Shown here in pieces: positions 21,857-24,000 of a DNA stretch of 24,000 bases. Numbering within the stretch: position 1 is the stretch's first letter; each line of letters starts with the position of its first letter. Under the pieces are notes generated by a model. That model was not told the DNA's origin. It did no database searches and saw nothing but the letters and a program-made list of their open reading frames with translations. Origin of the DNA: an uncultured Gammaproteobacteria bacterium (GTDB lineage: Bacteria; Patescibacteriota; Microgenomatia; UBA12405); assembly GCA_964516665.1 (NCBI GenBank), contig CAZEXG010000001.1, positions 1-24,000 of the forward strand. Reading direction: 5' to 3'. Made by a program: the position numbers and the translations under genes.

Positions 21857-24000
21857 TTAGCTGCATTTAGAATAACCACAAAACGCATTAGAACATTTAA
21901 AACAACCTTCTTCGGCATAAAGTGGACTACCGCAATCTGGACAGGACGCAAATTTACTCTCACTGTCGGCTAATTTAGTCCTTATTTCCGACAATATTTG
22001 CTGTTTTATTTCCGTTTTGACTTCCGGCATTTCGATTTTGTTCTTCTCTCCTTCAAACAACTCTAGTTGTTCTCCTTTAGCAATTTCCAATAAAGACTTC
22101 CCCACCGCATCGAACATCGACAATACCGTTCTGTCTCCGAAACCCACTCTCTGACCACAGGAAATTCCTACCATTTCTTCCGCTACCTCATCCAAACCTG
22201 CTCCATATTTCAATGCCAGTGAAGCCAATCTGCCCGTCACCTCTGCCGACCCGGCCAAATAGCCACCTGATTTTCCCAAAGTGACAAAGACCTCCACCGG
22301 ACCATCTCCTTCTTCAAAAAATACCGAAGTGTACACTTTACCCACATCACAGGCCTTTCTTAATCTAATTCCTCTGGCTGCCTCTGGTGTTTTCTTCTTT
22401 TGTTTTATTTCTTCCACCTTCTTCTCTTCTTTTTCTTCCTTTACTTCCTGTATCACTTCTTTTTCTCTTGATCCGCTTCGGTAAATTGTTATCCCTTTAG
22501 TTCCCAAGTAATATGCCAACATATAGGCCTTTCTAACTTCTTCTACCTCTGCTGACTTTGGAAAATTGATCGTCTTACTAACTGCGTTATCCGTATATTT
22601 TTGAAAAGCCGCCTGAATTTTAATATGCCATTCAGGTTCAATTTCCAAGGCTGTTATAAACACTTTTTTCAAATCTTCCGGAATTCCCTCCACTCCATCA
22701 AGCTTTCCTCCATTCTTGACTATTTTATCCATCAATTCTTCACTATAAATATTTCTTTTCTTCAACTCCTCGACAAAAATTGGATTCATCAAATATAAAG
22801 TTTTTCCTTCTATTGTATTTTTTTGATATCCCAAAGAAAATACCGGCTCAATTCCCGAACTGGTATCCGCCAGCATTGATATTGTTCCTGTCGGTGCGAT
22901 TGTGGTTAAGGCCATGTTTCTGGGTCGATATTCGCTTCCCGCAAATACGCTTTCCTCCCAGGCTGGAAACACTCCCCTTTCTTTAGCTAAATTTACTGTT
23001 GCTTCCTTGGCTTTGTCAGACACAAATTTCATCACTTTCTCTGCCCACGCCACTCCTTCTTCTGAATCATATGCCACTCCCAACTTAAACAACATATCCG
23101 CAAAACCCATTACCCCCAACCCAATCCTCCTCGTTTTACTCACCATTTCTCTAATTTTTTCTACCGGAAATTCATTTACCTCCACCACATTATCCAAAAA
23201 ATGTACCGCCTCTTTTATCACTCTTTCCAGCTCCTCCCAATCTAAATCCTTCCCCTTTACAAATTTATTTAAATTAATACTTCCTAAATTACATGCATCA
23301 TAAGGCAATAATGGCTGTTCTCCGCAGGGATTAGTCGCTTCAATTTTACCCAGCTTTGGTACTGGATTAGAGCTACTCTCGTTCATTCGGTCAATAAATA
23401 CCAAACCCGGATCACCATACTGCCACGCCAATCTGGTTACCAAATTAAACACTTTATAAGCGTTTAATTTCATCATCGCTTCACCGCTTCTTGGGTTAAT
23501 TAGCTCGTAACCCTCACCTTCCTTTGTCGCCTTCGCCCATTCATACAATTTTTTCGTTTCTTCTTCAATTTCCCTCAATCTGGCATCCGCATCACGATTT
23601 CCTTCAGCAATTCTTATCTTTTCTACTACCTCTTCCGGTATCGAATCATCCTTAACAAAACTTTTATCCTCCTCCACTTTTTTCATAAAGGCGTTTGTTA
23701 CCGCCAAAGAAATGTTGAAATTTGTTAAAGAGTACTCATCCAATTTCACCACTGCAAATCTCAACACATCCGGATGATCAATCGACAACATCCCCATGTT
23801 TGCTCCCCGCCTGACCCCACCTTGTTTGATCTGTGAAGTTACATCGTTATAAGCCTGCATAAAACTCACTGGACCAACTGTTGTTCCTCCACTGCTTTTA
23901 ATGTAATCGCCATAAGGTCTCAATCTGGAAAAAGAAAAACCGGTGCCACCGCCACTCTTATGAATCTTGGCCATATTACTCATTGTTTCCAAAATAGAAT
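21857..24000 (-). CDS. nrdJ: Class II (adenosylcobalamin-dependent) ribonucleotide reductase NrdJ, N-terminus off the window
   Basis: Active-site region [23 protein letters not shown]. Also TIAPTGTIS and SKTINFP, plus the C-terminal zinc ribbon [28 protein letters not shown]. The reading frame stays open to the window edge. Confidence 0.92.
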   Translation of the reverse strand, partial: SILETMSNMAKIHKSGGGTGFSFSRLRPYGDYIKSSGGTTVGPVSFMQAYNDVTSQIKQGGVRRGANMGMLSIDHPDVLRFAVVKLDEYSLTNFNISLAVTNAFMKKVEEDKSFVKDDSIPEEVVEKIRIAEGNRDADARLREIEEETKKLYEWAKATKEGEGYELINPRSGEAMMKLNAYKVFNLVTRLAWQYGDPGLVFIDRMNESSSNPVPKLGKIEATNPCGEQPLLPYDACNLGSINLNKFVKGKDLDWEELERVIKEAVHFLDNVVEVNEFPVEKIREMVSKTRRIGLGVMGFADMLFKLGVAYDSEEGVAWAEKVMKFVSDKAKEATVNLAKERGVFPAWEESVFAGSEYRPRNMALTTIAPTGTISMLADTSSGIEPVFSLGYQKNTIEGKTLYLMNPIFVEELKKRNIYSEELMDKIVKNGGKLDGVEGIPEDLKKVFITALEIEPEWHIKIQAAFQKYTDNAVSKTINFPKSAEVEEVRKAYMLAYYLGTKGITIYRSGSREKEVIQEVKEEKEEKKVEEIKQKKKTPEAARGIRLRKACDVGKVYTSVFFEEGDGPVEVFVTLGKSGGYLAGSAEVTGRLASLALKYGAGLDEVAEEMVGISCGQRVGFGDRTVLSMFDAVGKSLLEIAKGEQLELFEGEKNKIEMPEVKTEIKQQILSEIRTKLADSESKFASCPDCGSPLYAEEGCFKCSNAFCGYSKCS

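Noticed and set aside
21856-21963. 36-codon N-terminal extension of the PduO ORF overlapping nrdJ
   Set aside because: The PduO-family sequence begins at MSITTKKGDGG (ATG 21855). The extension is antisense-frame noise over the nrdJ zinc-ribbon coding region.
1-24000. Search for CRISPR arrays, rRNA, transposases, integrases, reverse transcriptases and long terminal repeats
   Set aside because: None seen. Apart from the 14-nt motif at 20095/20127 and a GATTGTT tandem duplication (10361-10374), I found no repeated sequence by eye. A computational self-dot-plot would be needed to exclude diverged repeats.

Overview
AT-rich, tightly packed bacterial chromosome segment with many 1-17 nt gene overlaps. 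Hand counts give 18/60 G+C at 9601-9660 and 23/60 at 12301-12360. The gene content suggests a reduced-genome, Patescibacteria/CPR-like organism, but this is inference only: ThyX plus class II B12-dependent RNR, a miniature SufD, short single-domain proteins. Housekeeping content: sufCB(D)SU operon (-), six tRNAs, hpf, rpmG, a dispersed dTMP/dNTP set (dCMP deaminase, P-loop kinase, glyA, tmk-like, thyX, nrdJ, pduO-type adenosyltransferase), galU, a GT2 plus large GT-C-like membrane protein pair, a RelE/ParE-RHH toxin-antitoxin pair, and SIMPL and SPFH proteins. Main unusual locus: the 1,489-nt galU-GT2 interval (10264..11752). It holds a near-consensus extended -10 promoter, a ~430-nt ORF-free hairpin-dense leader, a strongly G+C-rich foreign-looking membrane/lipoprotein ORF (38/60 G+C at 11041-11100), a 13-bp GNRA-capped stem-loop, and a complete type III hammerhead ribozyme (11701-11753). 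The ribozyme's stem II and stem III contain the Shine-Dalgarno sequence and start codon of the downstream GT2 gene. Other loci worth follow-up: (i) a G+C-rich ~65-nt element resembling the cobalamin riboswitch core, sitting between nrdJ-pduO and two unknown genes (one with a C-terminal zinc ribbon); (ii) an overlapping operon of SPASM-type radical SAM, EpmA/GenX-like truncated class II aaRS, stand-alone GGDEF and a 56-aa basic ORF; (iii) an unlisted 59-aa Cys-rich ORF between tmk and glyA that shares a C-[FW]-EGDK motif with a Cys-rich C-terminal extension of ThyX. I saw no CRISPR array, transposase, integrase or rRNA.
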